Origin: Saccostrea cucullata
Taxonomy: Eukaryota
Length of the DNA: 64,000 bases
Direction: 5' to 3'
Assembly: GCF_032062105.1 (NCBI RefSeq)
Contig: NW_026929962.1
Span: forward strand, 806,001-870,000
Position 1 is the first letter of the stretch. Every line of letters begins with the position of its first letter. Below the pieces are notes generated by a model. It saw only the letters and a list, made by a program, of their open reading frames with translations. It ran no database searches and was not told where the DNA came from. The position numbers and the translations under genes are program-made. Below, in pieces: positions 52,446-64,000 of the stretch.

Positions 52446-53025
52446 AAAATAATTAAATCATTGTTATACATATATTTTTTTTATGAGTTAAGATTTAAGT
52501 CATCTTATCATCCCCATTTTTTACATTTTTTAACATGTATGTAATTGGTTGGCTTTCACAGTTGTTTTTCTCTTCATCCTCTTAAAATTCTTTGCTGTAA
52601 ATCAATGTAGTGTGTATAGTATATATTTATTATCTCTGCAATGATGTTTTTTAATGTACTGTAAACAAAGATTTTTCACAAGTTTTACTCACAATTTTTC
52701 AGTTTGTAATAAATCAGTGACTAGTAAATCATTCTAAAAAATACACAAATGAATTATTCATTGCTATAAAATATTGTAGTAATACCTGCAATTATTTTTT
52801 TCTTTCCTAGCATATAGAAGTTTGTACACAATACTGGTGATTACTTGGGGTTCGACCTGAAAGCAACTAGAAATAGCCATAATCTTTCAATCAAAGTATG
52901 TCTTAAATTACCAGTAATTTACAGTTCATGCTCACGTGACTTTGTGAGCCTTTACATACACGTAATTGATGTTTTATATATTTTTTGCCATATTAGATGT
53001 GATTATTTCACAGTGGTTTAACTTA

Positions 53026-54089
53026 CGAGGGCCGTTCAAAAATTACGCGGACTTGTTGCACAGAAAAAATATTTGACGACATAATTGGACAAAATGTCAC
53101 ACATAATATAAAAGAATCTTTACTTATATGGTCTTCAGAATTTCATATCAAAATGTTGTAAATTGGTATCAATTTTAAGTGATTTATCAGGACATATCAT
53201 TGAGTCACGGAGCAGCAAAATCTTCGACGTCACGGGCATTATAAAAATATGTGATTGAGCTTTCATTTTCTAAACATTTTCCCAAGAGTACCTGTATAGT
53301 TTGAGTTACCTTATCTACTTAACATCCAAACACCATTTCTTCTCGAGCTTAAAATCTATTAAACAATTCAAGAATATTCTTTAAAAAAAAAAAAACAAAA
53401 ACAAAAATTGCAGGTATTTATGAGATATAGTGTGATATTGGTGACACTCAATCACGTACTTTACAGTCCGAATAAAGTTTTCGTCGATAACCTTCTTCCT
53501 GCCCTCCCGTATAGCATTTTTACAGAAGTCTAACGGTCTAAAATTTCATTTGCTTTTTGTGGACGAATGTCACGAAAACCCTAGTTTACTACATGTCTTA
53601 TTATGCATATTTTGGATCAATGTTGGCGATATATCGAGCATTACACATATTTTAACAAAAATGTGGTGCGCCGTCAGTTCAGGAGACGTCATTTTCACAG
53701 TCGTTTTCATGGGAATCGCATCGGAGAAAACCCACTCTATTTCTGTTAATACTTCAAATATCATAACAGAAATCTAAATACATAATTAAAGAACAATTTA
53801 AAGATACATTTGAGAAAATTGTCGAAAAATATCGCTAATTATAGAAAATTAATGAGTTAAATTTTTTGATTCCGCATGCTTTTGCTTCAGATTTTTTGTC
53901 GTGCTCCGTACCTCTCCATCAGCGATCTCAACATACCGATAATTTTCGTAGAATTTTTTCTAAATATAGAAATTTTGCCCAAAATGTATTGGAATCATTA
54001 AGATACATATTTCTTTGAAATTTCATAACTATATGACGTCTGTAAGAGTAAATAATAGTACAGTCCGCGTAATTTTTGAACGGCCCTCG
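53026..54089 (-). mobile_element. Mariner-family deletion derivative
   Basis: 28-bp TIRs cgagggccgttcaaaaattacgcggact and its reverse complement; TA duplication; relic resembling a mariner N-terminal HTH (FVKICVMLDISPT) on minus. Confidence 0.88.
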
Positions 54090-54693
54090 TAAATTGTCAT
54101 GTTCATATTTATTCAACATGTTTGTGAATAGTTTATAAATTTGAGCAAAATAATTAACTAGAGTTGTAACATTCACAATGGAAATCCTTATTAAAAACTG
54201 AAATTTAATGTATTTTTTTTTATCTTTTCAAATACTTTACATGTAGAGGGCTAAAGGCCAAGTGCTGATATTTTTGGAAAAAGCACCCTTCTTCATCATA
54301 TACATACATTTTGTATGGTTGGGTGATATCCAGGAGTAGAGGTTTTCAAAGAATTTTATGCATTTTTTACAATATACATGTGTATTCACTATTCAAAAGA
54401 GCCCCACCTTAGCCGCTCACCAAGGGACTGTAAATTTCACGAGTAAATGGAGAACAAAGCTGTATTAAGAATTGCACAAATATTTATTTCCACTACCTTT
54501 GTGAATTTCTGGTCCACTTGGTTAAGAGTTCTAAGGCTGGGTGTGAAGGGCTCTATTTGTATTCATGCATCTACAAGAAGTTATTCCCCATTACTTTTCA
54601 CCTTTGATAGTTAATAACAGTTTGTGCACTATTAGTAATCAAATCTCATTTCCTCTAAGATTGGCCTCTCTTAATGCTCTTGGTCTTGGAAGA

Positions 54694-55350
54694 AAAACAA
54701 GCAAATTCAAAGAATTGTGATCCCTCCCCCCACTTTCAGTGTCATTGTGGGTGAGATGTCATTATCTATGGCATATTGTGTCTAATATGAGCGCCCTATC
54801 ACAGGTCATTCAAAAATAATCATCAAAGTTGATTTCTTAAAGAAATTAGGTCAAACATGAAGGTCAAGGGGTCAAAAATCATAGCATACTCAGAAATATC
54901 TTGTCAAAAGTAATACACATGTCAAATTTTAATGCCCTATCTCTTCTCTATCAAAAGTTATAAGGAAAAAATAACATTTTTGAAATGTAGTTAAAATGTA
55001 CAGATCAAGGTCATGGGGTAAAAAATCATAGTGTATTTAGAAAGGTCTTGTCACAGGTAATACAAATGATTAGTATGAAAGCAACTCTTCTAATTCTAAA
55101 GTTTGGCAAATTTAAAGTAATGTTTTAATTTATGATATGTAGGTAAAACTCCTAGGTCAAAGTCATGGGGTCAAAAAGCATATTGCATTTAGAAAGGTTT
55201 TGTCACAGGTAATGCACATAATTATGTAATTTGAAAGTCCTATCTCTTCTCATTCAAAAGCTATATGTATGATCAAAGTTAAAGTTTTTGTGATAGACTG
55301 ACAGATGATTAAAATTTGATGTCCCATCGCTCTCTTGAAAGAAGGGGTCA
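54694..55350 (+). mobile_element. Helentron-type element, older copy with three units
   Basis: Same head (aaacaagcaaattcaaagaattgtg), aaggtca..gggtcaaaaa units, gactgacaga tail and decayed hairpin. Confidence 0.75.
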
Positions 55351-55675
55351 ATTGTCATTGTGAATAGCAAAGGGGAATAACTTTTCTACTTCTAGAATAT
55401 TTGCCCAGCACCTGAAAACAAATGGTCAAGAATTTCAAAATATACAAAAATACCCTAGCTAGCTTACTTTGACATGTATTCTGTATGTCTTCTAGATGCC
55501 TGGAAGCAGAGATGATATTCAAAGATCAAAGATATGACAGCCAATTTTTAAAGCTATTTTTGAATATTTTATATAGAACGCAATTAACCTCTGATCTAAA
55601 GTAAGCAAACAGTGAAAAATAGATAGCACTATTTCTGAGGATTACATGTTTTATTTTTTAGATCAGAATGTGTGC

Positions 55676-56096
55676 TAGCTGCAGATCTGTAGCATTATGG
55701 TTTTATATATTTGTCTTTGACCATAACGCTACAGATCCGGTAATGCAAAAAAGGTGCAACTTACGGGGCAATATTTTTTGCGCACTTTTGGGGAGAATTT
55801 CTCCACTTTCCAGCATCAGTACCAATTTACTACCTTTCACACCCTAATTCTAGGCACATTATTTAGCTAATCTGTATATTTATCCACCTCCCAACCATTT
55901 ATTATTATGGCGTTGAGCAAAGCTCGATCGTCATTTAGTGATCGGTCAGATTTACGCGACCGAATATATCAGTGGATGCATTCGCATTGGATTATGCGCC
56001 ATAAATTGCACTTTTTTTGCATTACGGGATCTGTATAGTGTAGCGTTACGGTCAAAGATATATATATAAAACCATAATGCTACAGATCTGCAGCTA
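55676..56096. mobile_element. Palindromic element with a TA-flanked MITE (55732-56033) at its centre
   Basis: Outer arms tagctgcagatctgtagcattatggttttatata..; inner TIRs cagatccggtaatgcaaaaaaggtgcaa / ttgcactttttttgcattacgggatctg. Confidence 0.85.
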
Positions 56097-57595
56097 AGGG
56101 TGCGTTATTTTTTTTCTTCTCTGAAAGTACTCAAATATACCTGTTTACATTAAAATTCAAGAACATCGCAATTCCCTAAGCTTGTGTTCCAAGACATGGA
56201 GTTTAAGGATGCAAATTTTAATAGGAAATGAAAGTACTAAGTCTCTACTTTATTTTGATGTTTAAAATGGAACATAAAGTGTTAGTCATTTAAATGGTAT
56301 ATCTACTGGGTCATTTTATGTTTAAAGTGAACCGAGCTCTTTGTAACACTGGCTCTTAAGAACCCCTGACCCAGGGGCCACAATTTTCACAAGTTTGGAA
56401 GCAACACACTGAACAGTCTGTTTATCATATCACTTACACTGTAAGATTTTCTAAGAATAAGAACTCTTCTCCCCCAACTCAAGCTAAGCTTATCTGCTAA
56501 ATACCAAAGATGAAAGAAAACGATTTTCAAAGAAATAAGATCATTAATATGACTATTTAAATGAGAATTTTAAAAACGCTATTTTGTATTTATTTCTGAA
56601 AATGTGGGACCATTTATTAAAAATACAATCAAGAAAATCAACTGCAATATCTTTGATGTAAAGATTAGCTATACATCAAAGGTTCTAGATCTCCAAAACA
56701 AATAATAATAAGAGGTATACTTTCATTAATATATACATATTCTTTTAAACATTTACATACAAATCAAGTTTAACTTTGATGAAAACCGGAATTGTTGAAT
56801 TTATGAGCTTACTCATATTCCTCATAGTATTTCATTCATACAACTATATTAATCCAGTGCTAAAACAATTTACTTATGAAATACATGTTGTACATAAGCA
56901 CCTAATCTTGTCTCCTCTAGATCTTTTAAACCTCTTGACAAAATACAAGAAACATTAATATACATTTTTTTTTTATAAAATGTTCAAAACTTTTCCCAAC
57001 ATTATCAACACATTGTCCTGCACAACTGAAGGTTCATGCTTTGTGAACAAAATTTCTATAGCATATAAAAAAAATTATGAAACTAAAAAATTTGATTTAA
57101 AAAAATTAAATAAAGCAAAATGTGTTTAATTGAAATATGTGTATTGTACAATTTTCACAACAGTGCCAAATTTTTCTTTGACTGATTTGAATGAAGAGAA
57201 AGAATGAGAGAAAATAAAGCAATATATCCATCTCTGATCTTATAAAGTTAAGATCGTAAACTATGTTTTAAATTAGCCATAGACTATAGCCAGTTCAATT
57301 TAACACAATATTCTATGTTTATTTGAATGAAAACATGATGTATGATGTACCCCCTTAAAGTGCACATGAAGTCAAGTGTTTTAAATTGGGGGGATCCTTC
57401 TCTGGAAAAGATGACACCACTAGGATATAGAGAAAAATACTGTATGCAAACTTTTTCCACCAGGATTTAATTCTGTGCAATAACAATTTCTGTTTACTTG
57501 TAATTTCTCAAGCAGAGAATGATATGTGAAATTCTTGGATCATCATTATAATTCCAAAAAATGCATTCTATGCACACTTAAAGTTCTGCAGGAAA

Positions 57596-58190
57596 AAAAT
57601 CAAGATATGTTTGTGAAACACTGATGCCCCTGTATGGCAGCTAGCTTATTGCGAATTTTGAATTCTCTCAAATGCATGTCAAAATCCAAAGGCCAAGGTC
57701 AAAAGGGTTTGTACCCAAAGGGAGATCTTGTTACAAGCAATACACCTGTGAATTATGAAAGCCCTAGTTTAAACAGTTCAAAAGTTATGACCAAGGTTAA
57801 AGTTTTAAAAAGTGGGTCAAACTCTTAGGTCAAGATGAAAAGGTCAAAAGTATTTATACCAGCTGAAAGGTCTTGTTTCAATAAATACACATGTGAAATA
57901 TGAAAGCCCAAGCTCCAACACTTCAAAAGTTATGGCCAAGGTTAAAATGTGGTATATTTTTGTAAAAGTTGTAGGTCATCCTCCAAGGTCAAGAGGTCAA
58001 ATTTGGTGATACCCTAAGAAAGGTATTGTCGCAAGGAATACACCTGTGGAATATGAAAGCCATAGCCCAACCACTTCAATAGTTATGGACTAGGTTTAAG
58101 TTGACATCAGACAGACAGAAAAATAGCTAAACAGGCAGGACAAAAACAATATACCCATGGGATCTTTCCATCCAGGCCGGGGCATAAAAA
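57596..58190 (+). mobile_element. Helentron-type element with three satellite units
   Basis: Head caagatatgtttgtgaaacac.gatgcccc; aaggtcaa units; cagacagacaga tail; ends ggggcataaaaa. Confidence 0.75.
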
Positions 58191-58387
58191 TGACTGCTTA
58201 TATAGTGCACAATAACTCCACATTTACTTCTTAAGTTCTTAACTAGTGTTTATGTTTAGTATAAATTCTAAACATATACAATATACATATATTTCTTAAT
58301 GACTAGGTATACTATCATTTAACTCATGCTTGAGCCACTGTTTGGAATCCCTTTTTGTGAAAACCCATAGCTCCAACTATTACTTAA

Positions 58388-59314
58388 AGGGGCCTGGACA
58401 CAGTTTGCATGGCTGTTTTGATTACAGTTCTAAATAACTTTTATATATTAAAAAAAAAACTTAAGTCGTACACAAAAATTCAAAAGATAAAACTGATGAC
58501 AATGGCATTCCTTGTGACATTGTGTCAAACATCTGTATTTGTAAACACTGGTAAAAGCTTTTTTTTTGTTATTAATGTTTGTGTTTTACAAGTGTGTTCA
58601 ATTTTTTAAAACTATACATGTCGCACTCTGACAATATTGGTAAGCTGGTTTTAAATTTTAAGTTTGTTTTAATTTCTCCATTAAAGTTTTATTAATACAA
58701 ACTGTACAACCAAGTATACTACAAATTTGGTACATTTCTTAAATATTAAGGATACAGTTTGTGAGCTTGTGCATGAATGTGTGTAAAACAAACATGTCCA
58801 AAAATAATATTTCCCAGATTTAAAAAAAATTTTAAACATGCTTTTAAATTAAAAGAATGTGGTATGAAATACTCTAGCAATACCGTATAATCCCTATTAA
58901 CCGCCTCGGGCGCTTAGAAAATTTCAAAAAGGAGGAGTTGTTTTGGTGTTCTATTTATGATATTTAATGTCATATTTTAACTTCAAAAAATCATTTGAAA
59001 ATAAAAATAAATACAAGAAACTTTACTTAAAGTGAAGATAATTCACCCAAATTATGCTAAAATGTTCATTTTCCACTTAGAAATTGGATGATAGACAAAT
59101 TTAATTTTCACTCTCTTCATATTTTTGATAGGATTCTAGTTGATTTTAATCACTCACAGGGCCCTTATTTCCTGACAATTGAAAAATACCTAAGGGGGCG
59201 CTTATAGGGGTAGGGGCAGTTAATAGGGATTATACGGTACATAATTATTGATACTGAAAATTTTAGAACATACTCTGGTATTACCGGTAACTTCAAATTT
59301 GTGCCCAAGCCCCT
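58388..59314. mobile_element. Kolobok-like non-autonomous element
   Basis: ttaa|aggggcctggacaca ... tgtgcccaagcccct|ttta; imperfect TIRs at a TTAA-like site. Confidence 0.55.
58883..59237. mobile_element. pogo/Tc1-type MITE nested in the Kolobok-like element
   Basis: ta|ccgtataatccctattaaccgcc ... ggcagttaatagggattatacgg|ta. Confidence 0.85.
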
Positions 59315-59510
59315 TTTATATGGGGACATAGAATATAAAATACTTATACAATAAAATCATTTTATAAAATCACAGTTCCTAATTTGGTAAAAAACACAGG
59401 TAAATAGAAATAATTTAAAAATCATATACATCCATGTACTTTGCAGACGAACATCAAGATCTCTGTATTTTATACAAGTATGCTAGACACTGCCTACAGA
59501 TGAATGTTCA

Positions 59511-61172
59511 TCACCATGTGACCTGGGATTTGTATTCTTCTTTTAAAGAGAACTGTTTTACGGAGTCGTACACTAGTGTGGCTAGGAATGAGAATAGAAT
59601 GTTCTGTATAAGTCTGGGACGCAGCCCCTTGGTAAGAAATGTCAAAATCCCTTCGTCTCTGTACAGATTCCTAGCAGCTACCTGTATACTGGTCTGGCTC
59701 ACCTGAAACAGCCACAAATTTAATCAAGTACTACCTCCATTACTACATGTATTTTTACATTCAAGTATTTTTATTTTGCTTAAATTTAATTGTCTTTACT
59801 TCTTTTTGTTTGCTTATTTGTTTTTTTAAAATTGTTTTGTAAATGTATTGAATGCATAAATTGCTAAAAATTAACGAACAATAAAATTTTCCAGATTTAT
59901 CTGAAAGAAATGAAAAGTGTGCATGAAACTTTAATTACATCATTGTTGGGAACATGTCACCTCCTACTTTGTTAAGGGCTTTACGCCATTTGTAGGACTT
60001 TAAGCAATGGACATCTTGCTGTTTTAAGAAACACTAACTTACCTGTGCTCTTGTCGTTGTGATGGAGAGACCATTTGTAATTATGGCTACTCCAAATCCG
60101 GATATAACACCACTGGCAGTATTTCTCAGCACTCTAGATGTCCCAGGATACATATTTGCCAGAATACCTACAAAACACCTTCTTTTATTTCAAGCAAACA
60201 AACTTTTCAATACATAAAACAAGCTTTAACAAAAATTATTATTTTCAATGAAAACAGTTGAAGCATTTGCAAATAAAACCATGTTTTCTCAGACTGATTT
60301 GACAAGTCTCAACAGTACTTATAGAAGATATCAATGATAATTTTTAATTTATTCCACATTAAAGAATAGTCAGATGTACTTTATGAAAGGATCACATATA
60401 CATTTACCACCTACATCATCACTAGTAAGGCATAAATTTTAATTAAAATTGCTTCATTAAGGAGTGGAAACTTTTCTTTAACTAATAATCCCCTTAGAAA
60501 AGTTGGACCCTGTGAATTTGGTATGAAAAGAGAGTTATACAAATGAAGCTTAAGAAGTTAATGCTCCCCCATTTCGAAATTTTTTTGACTTAGATGGATC
60601 CCCTCCTCTCTGAAAAATATTCCTGGATTCATGCATGGTAAAGAATGATGAAGAATCTGAATCTGGACTATCAGCTGAATTTTGAGTACCTGACACAAAT
60701 TCAAAGGAGGACCACCACAAGGCACTATGAAGTCCATTGTTAATCATCAGTAATGGTAGAGCTCTCCAAAACCCTTTAAGTCCATGTCTATTTCCCACAT
60801 CTTTGATGACTGAACTCTCCAATATCCACCGCCCCCCGTGTCTTATTTCTTTAGGGTACCGCAGAGGCTGGAGACTTTTCAAGATCTGGACCTCTTGTTG
60901 ACTACTAGCTTGCTTTGATAATAGAATCACATACTGGTTTACTACATCAAATGGACAGTTTATGCAAGACGCTGTGCAGGAGGCAGTAAATCCAGCTATA
61001 AATGGATGTGAGGTCAGTTCTCGTACAACTTCATATGTACTGACATATGTTAGAGAAGAAAGGGTCTGCCCAAAAGCTCGAAATGTCACTCCTCTAAAAA
61101 GTCCATTAACTCCCTGTCTCCGGTAAATCTTGGCAAAAGCATCAGTTATATTTTTGTAAAGTTTCTCTTTCT
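59511..61172 (-). CDS. SLC25A44: Mitochondrial carrier, SLC25A44-like, 3' part; exons 61172-60690, 60167-60043, 59702-59511; upstream exon(s) not located
   Basis: LYKNITDAFAKIYRRQGVNGLFRG, YVSTYEVVRE, PFDVVNQY, GLKGFWR, HSALWW, KGLRPRLI, YDSVKQFSLKEEY..W*; follows the SLC25A44 motif order. Confidence 0.82.
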
Positions 61173-64000
61173 CTAAAAAGGAGACAACATATAAAATTAA
61201 CCCTAGGGTTAAGTCATGTAGAGAAAATAGGGAGGTTGAGATTTCATACCTGTTTGTGTACAGGTACGTCTAGTAGGGGAATTGCCTAAATTCTATGCAT
61301 ATTATGTCACCAATTTTAGTGATATCAAGTTATCTACATGTTCTTAGAACCTGTAGAATGCCACCTACATGAAAGTGAAAACTTGTAGCTTTAATAAAAA
61401 TTAGTCAATGTGATTGTTATACATTATTTAGGATGTTTAGTTTCATTAGCATTTATTTCTATCAAGTTTTATTTACTAACTTACATAAAAAAAAACAACT
61501 TTTAAATAGTTCAAATAAAGACACTTATAGTGGTGTATATGTTCTTGATACAATTCATTAAAATCTCAACAGACAAATTACAAAAATGTGTACATGTACA
61601 TCAAAGTAGAAGGATAAATACACATGTATACAAGTTTAAAACCTCAACCTCTCTAATTATAATGTGTCTGTTCTTATATTCAAAAAGAGACTTTCTATAT
61701 ATATTTATTAATTTGTTTTATCAACATTTTAGATACAGATTTGTTTTAATACATATACATATAATTCCAATCTTAATTTTATTTATCGATTCCTTGTGTT
61801 TTAATTACAGAAAAAGTTTACACATCGATGAATTTTTAATACTTGACTGTTGTAAAAACAATGAAAACAGATACTTCTAGTCCGTTTTAGCTAAATTATA
61901 ATTTCAAGAAATTTATAATAAAAAAATGAATTAATGAATGAAAAGGAGATATATTATGTTTATGTCATTGTTCACGAGTGTGAAATATTTTGAAATCGCT
62001 GATCATGCTGTATCCATATCAACTCAGTTATCGTAATGTGATAAGGAAAAGAAACGTACAGCCTTTTCAGGATTTAAATATCGAGAACAACTTTCATGTC
62101 AACATGGCCATGGTCAAGGACTGGAGAATTTGTTGACTTAAATAACATTCAATGAGTTTTTATAAGTTTAATTATTGATTGTTTTGACAAATAAAGTTGA
62201 ATTTTATCTATAAATCTTGTATACGTTTCTTTGCGGCATAAAGTACACCGTACAAAATAACGGATTGTATGGCGGCCTCAAAGAGAAATAATTTTAATAG
62301 TTAAAAAAAATCGAATTTATCGATGTGTAAACTCTGTCTGAATAAAATACTTCGCACTTTTAGGAAAGAACTTGTTTACTATAGTATTTTATATCAGTAT
62401 CTTAACATTACTGACAGAGGATTTAGTATACCTTTCTGCTGCTGCTGGAGAATTGTGACCATCATGGCACAAGACGAAAAAGTCATAGTAGGAAAGAATA
62501 CAGATCTAGCATGTGCATTTCTATGATGTTAGGATGAGCGACTCTATCCACAGAAGGCTTTTCTGACTTAGATATCATGTTGCTGATCCTTCCTAACATA
62601 AAACTCTGCAGATGTGTGTGATGTTACCATAGAAAATTAGAGCACTGCATAACTGCTTTGGTACTTATAATGTTATTGTCCAGTACATGGTTGCTCCTTT
62701 CCAAGTTACATATTCTGAAAGACAATTTTATTTTAGAAAAATCTATCAAATGTAGAATTTTTTTACAATAAATCTACAGAGACTTATATTATATAAATGT
62801 TCTTATCCAGGCATGTCCCTAAGAATTGAAAAAGCAGGGGACATCAATTATGAAGTTTTGGGGTTCCTCCCTACCCATGCTAACAGAGGGGGGATACCAT
62901 AATAACCAGTGTATAACATCATTATAGATGGGGAAATTCTTAACTCTTCCATAAGTCTTAGGAACAACCACAGATAGGTTCTGATGTCTGAATGGTGGAA
63001 ATAGAATACAGTATGAGTCAGAGGAATTTCTGGTTACTCACAGTCACATCACACGCGAATGCTCCAGTGGCCTAAGAAAAATAATAACATAACTATTAGC
63101 TACTTAAGAAAAAAACGATGGTATTACACTTATATTGGTTCAGATAGGAAATAAAATAATGAATTACAATGATATCACATCAGCTGATAACCGCCGGGTA
63201 TCGGTAAAGTGAAGAAATTTATAATTCTTCCGACAATTGTGATACAAACTTACTTAGTTATAAAAAAAATTAATCTCAAACAAAGATCTGCTAGTTGAAA
63301 AGCATAACATCATACCCATTTTGTTTCTTTGTAAAACAGTTCCATAAAATAACAAGTACTAAACTTCTAAAGCAAATCTTACAAAACAAAAATCGACCTT
63401 CCGGCTATTTTCACTTTTTTTTTAAAACTACAATATCGATCCCGATGGGAAAAAAAAATTAATATTTTTTATGTTGGCGTAAAAATTAAAAATTATAATA
63501 ACAGAATAAGTTAATAACATTTTTTAAAATGAATAGACGATTAACTCTCAATAAATGAGACAGTTTTCCTAAAAGAGCAGGAGCACGTAGGAACATTTTT
63601 GAAAACTTGTATATTATGTGGTGTTGGGTGGTGTTCTGGGGAGGTGCTGCCACAGTAAAATGATTCAACCAAACTGACAAACAAAAAGGGGGATTTCTCC
63701 AAAATCTTTTTTCTTAAGGGTATGAAGGAGAGGTGGAGTTCCAACTTTTTTCCGATCTGTACAACAATTTAATTAATATATTGGAGGACTTTTGTATTTC
63801 AGAAACTCCAAGCGACTTTTAGAATATTTGAAAACACAATTTTATTAAAATCAATAAATTATTGAACACAACCCCTCCTTTTGAAAAAAAAAATAAATGA
63901 AGTCCAGGCTATTTGTCAACAACTACTTTTTTCAATAAAAAATTCGTAAATTGGCTTACTTTGTCATCAGCCATATCCCAATTATTTTGTTTAAAATATT

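Noticed and set aside
61248-63744. Upstream exons of the SLC25A44-like gene and the short ORFs here
   Set aside because: No first carrier repeat could be recognised; the ORFs are AT-rich chance frames.

Overview
AT-rich eukaryotic genomic DNA with spliceosomal introns. The gene and repeat content points to a bivalve, most likely an oyster (inference). Reading splice sites by hand gives: four tandem secreted single-domain C-type lectin (perlucin-like) genes on the minus strand (about 1-26 kb, five coding exons each); three tandem calmodulin-like genes on the minus strand (29-39 kb); a RING-less B-box/coiled-coil/NHL-like TRIM ORF on the plus strand inside that cluster, broken by one in-frame TGA; a two-exon TM2D1 gene; and the 3' part of a divergent SLC25A44-like carrier. 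Most of the remainder is mobile DNA, often nested: an LTR end, an ISL2EU-like element holding a tRNA-LTR mini-retrotransposon, many Penelope-like fragments, tRNA-derived SINEs, a Chapaev-like element, Helentron-type elements with satellite arrays, mariner/pogo/Kolobok-type elements and an RTE fragment. I see no prokaryotic-type system or CRISPR. The best leads are the tRNA-LTR element with unlike LTRs, the structured 3' motif of the Penelope-like copies, the lectin motif diversification with a GC donor, the TRIM in-frame TGA and possible micro-exons in a calmodulin-like gene. All coordinates were read by eye and may be off by a few bases.
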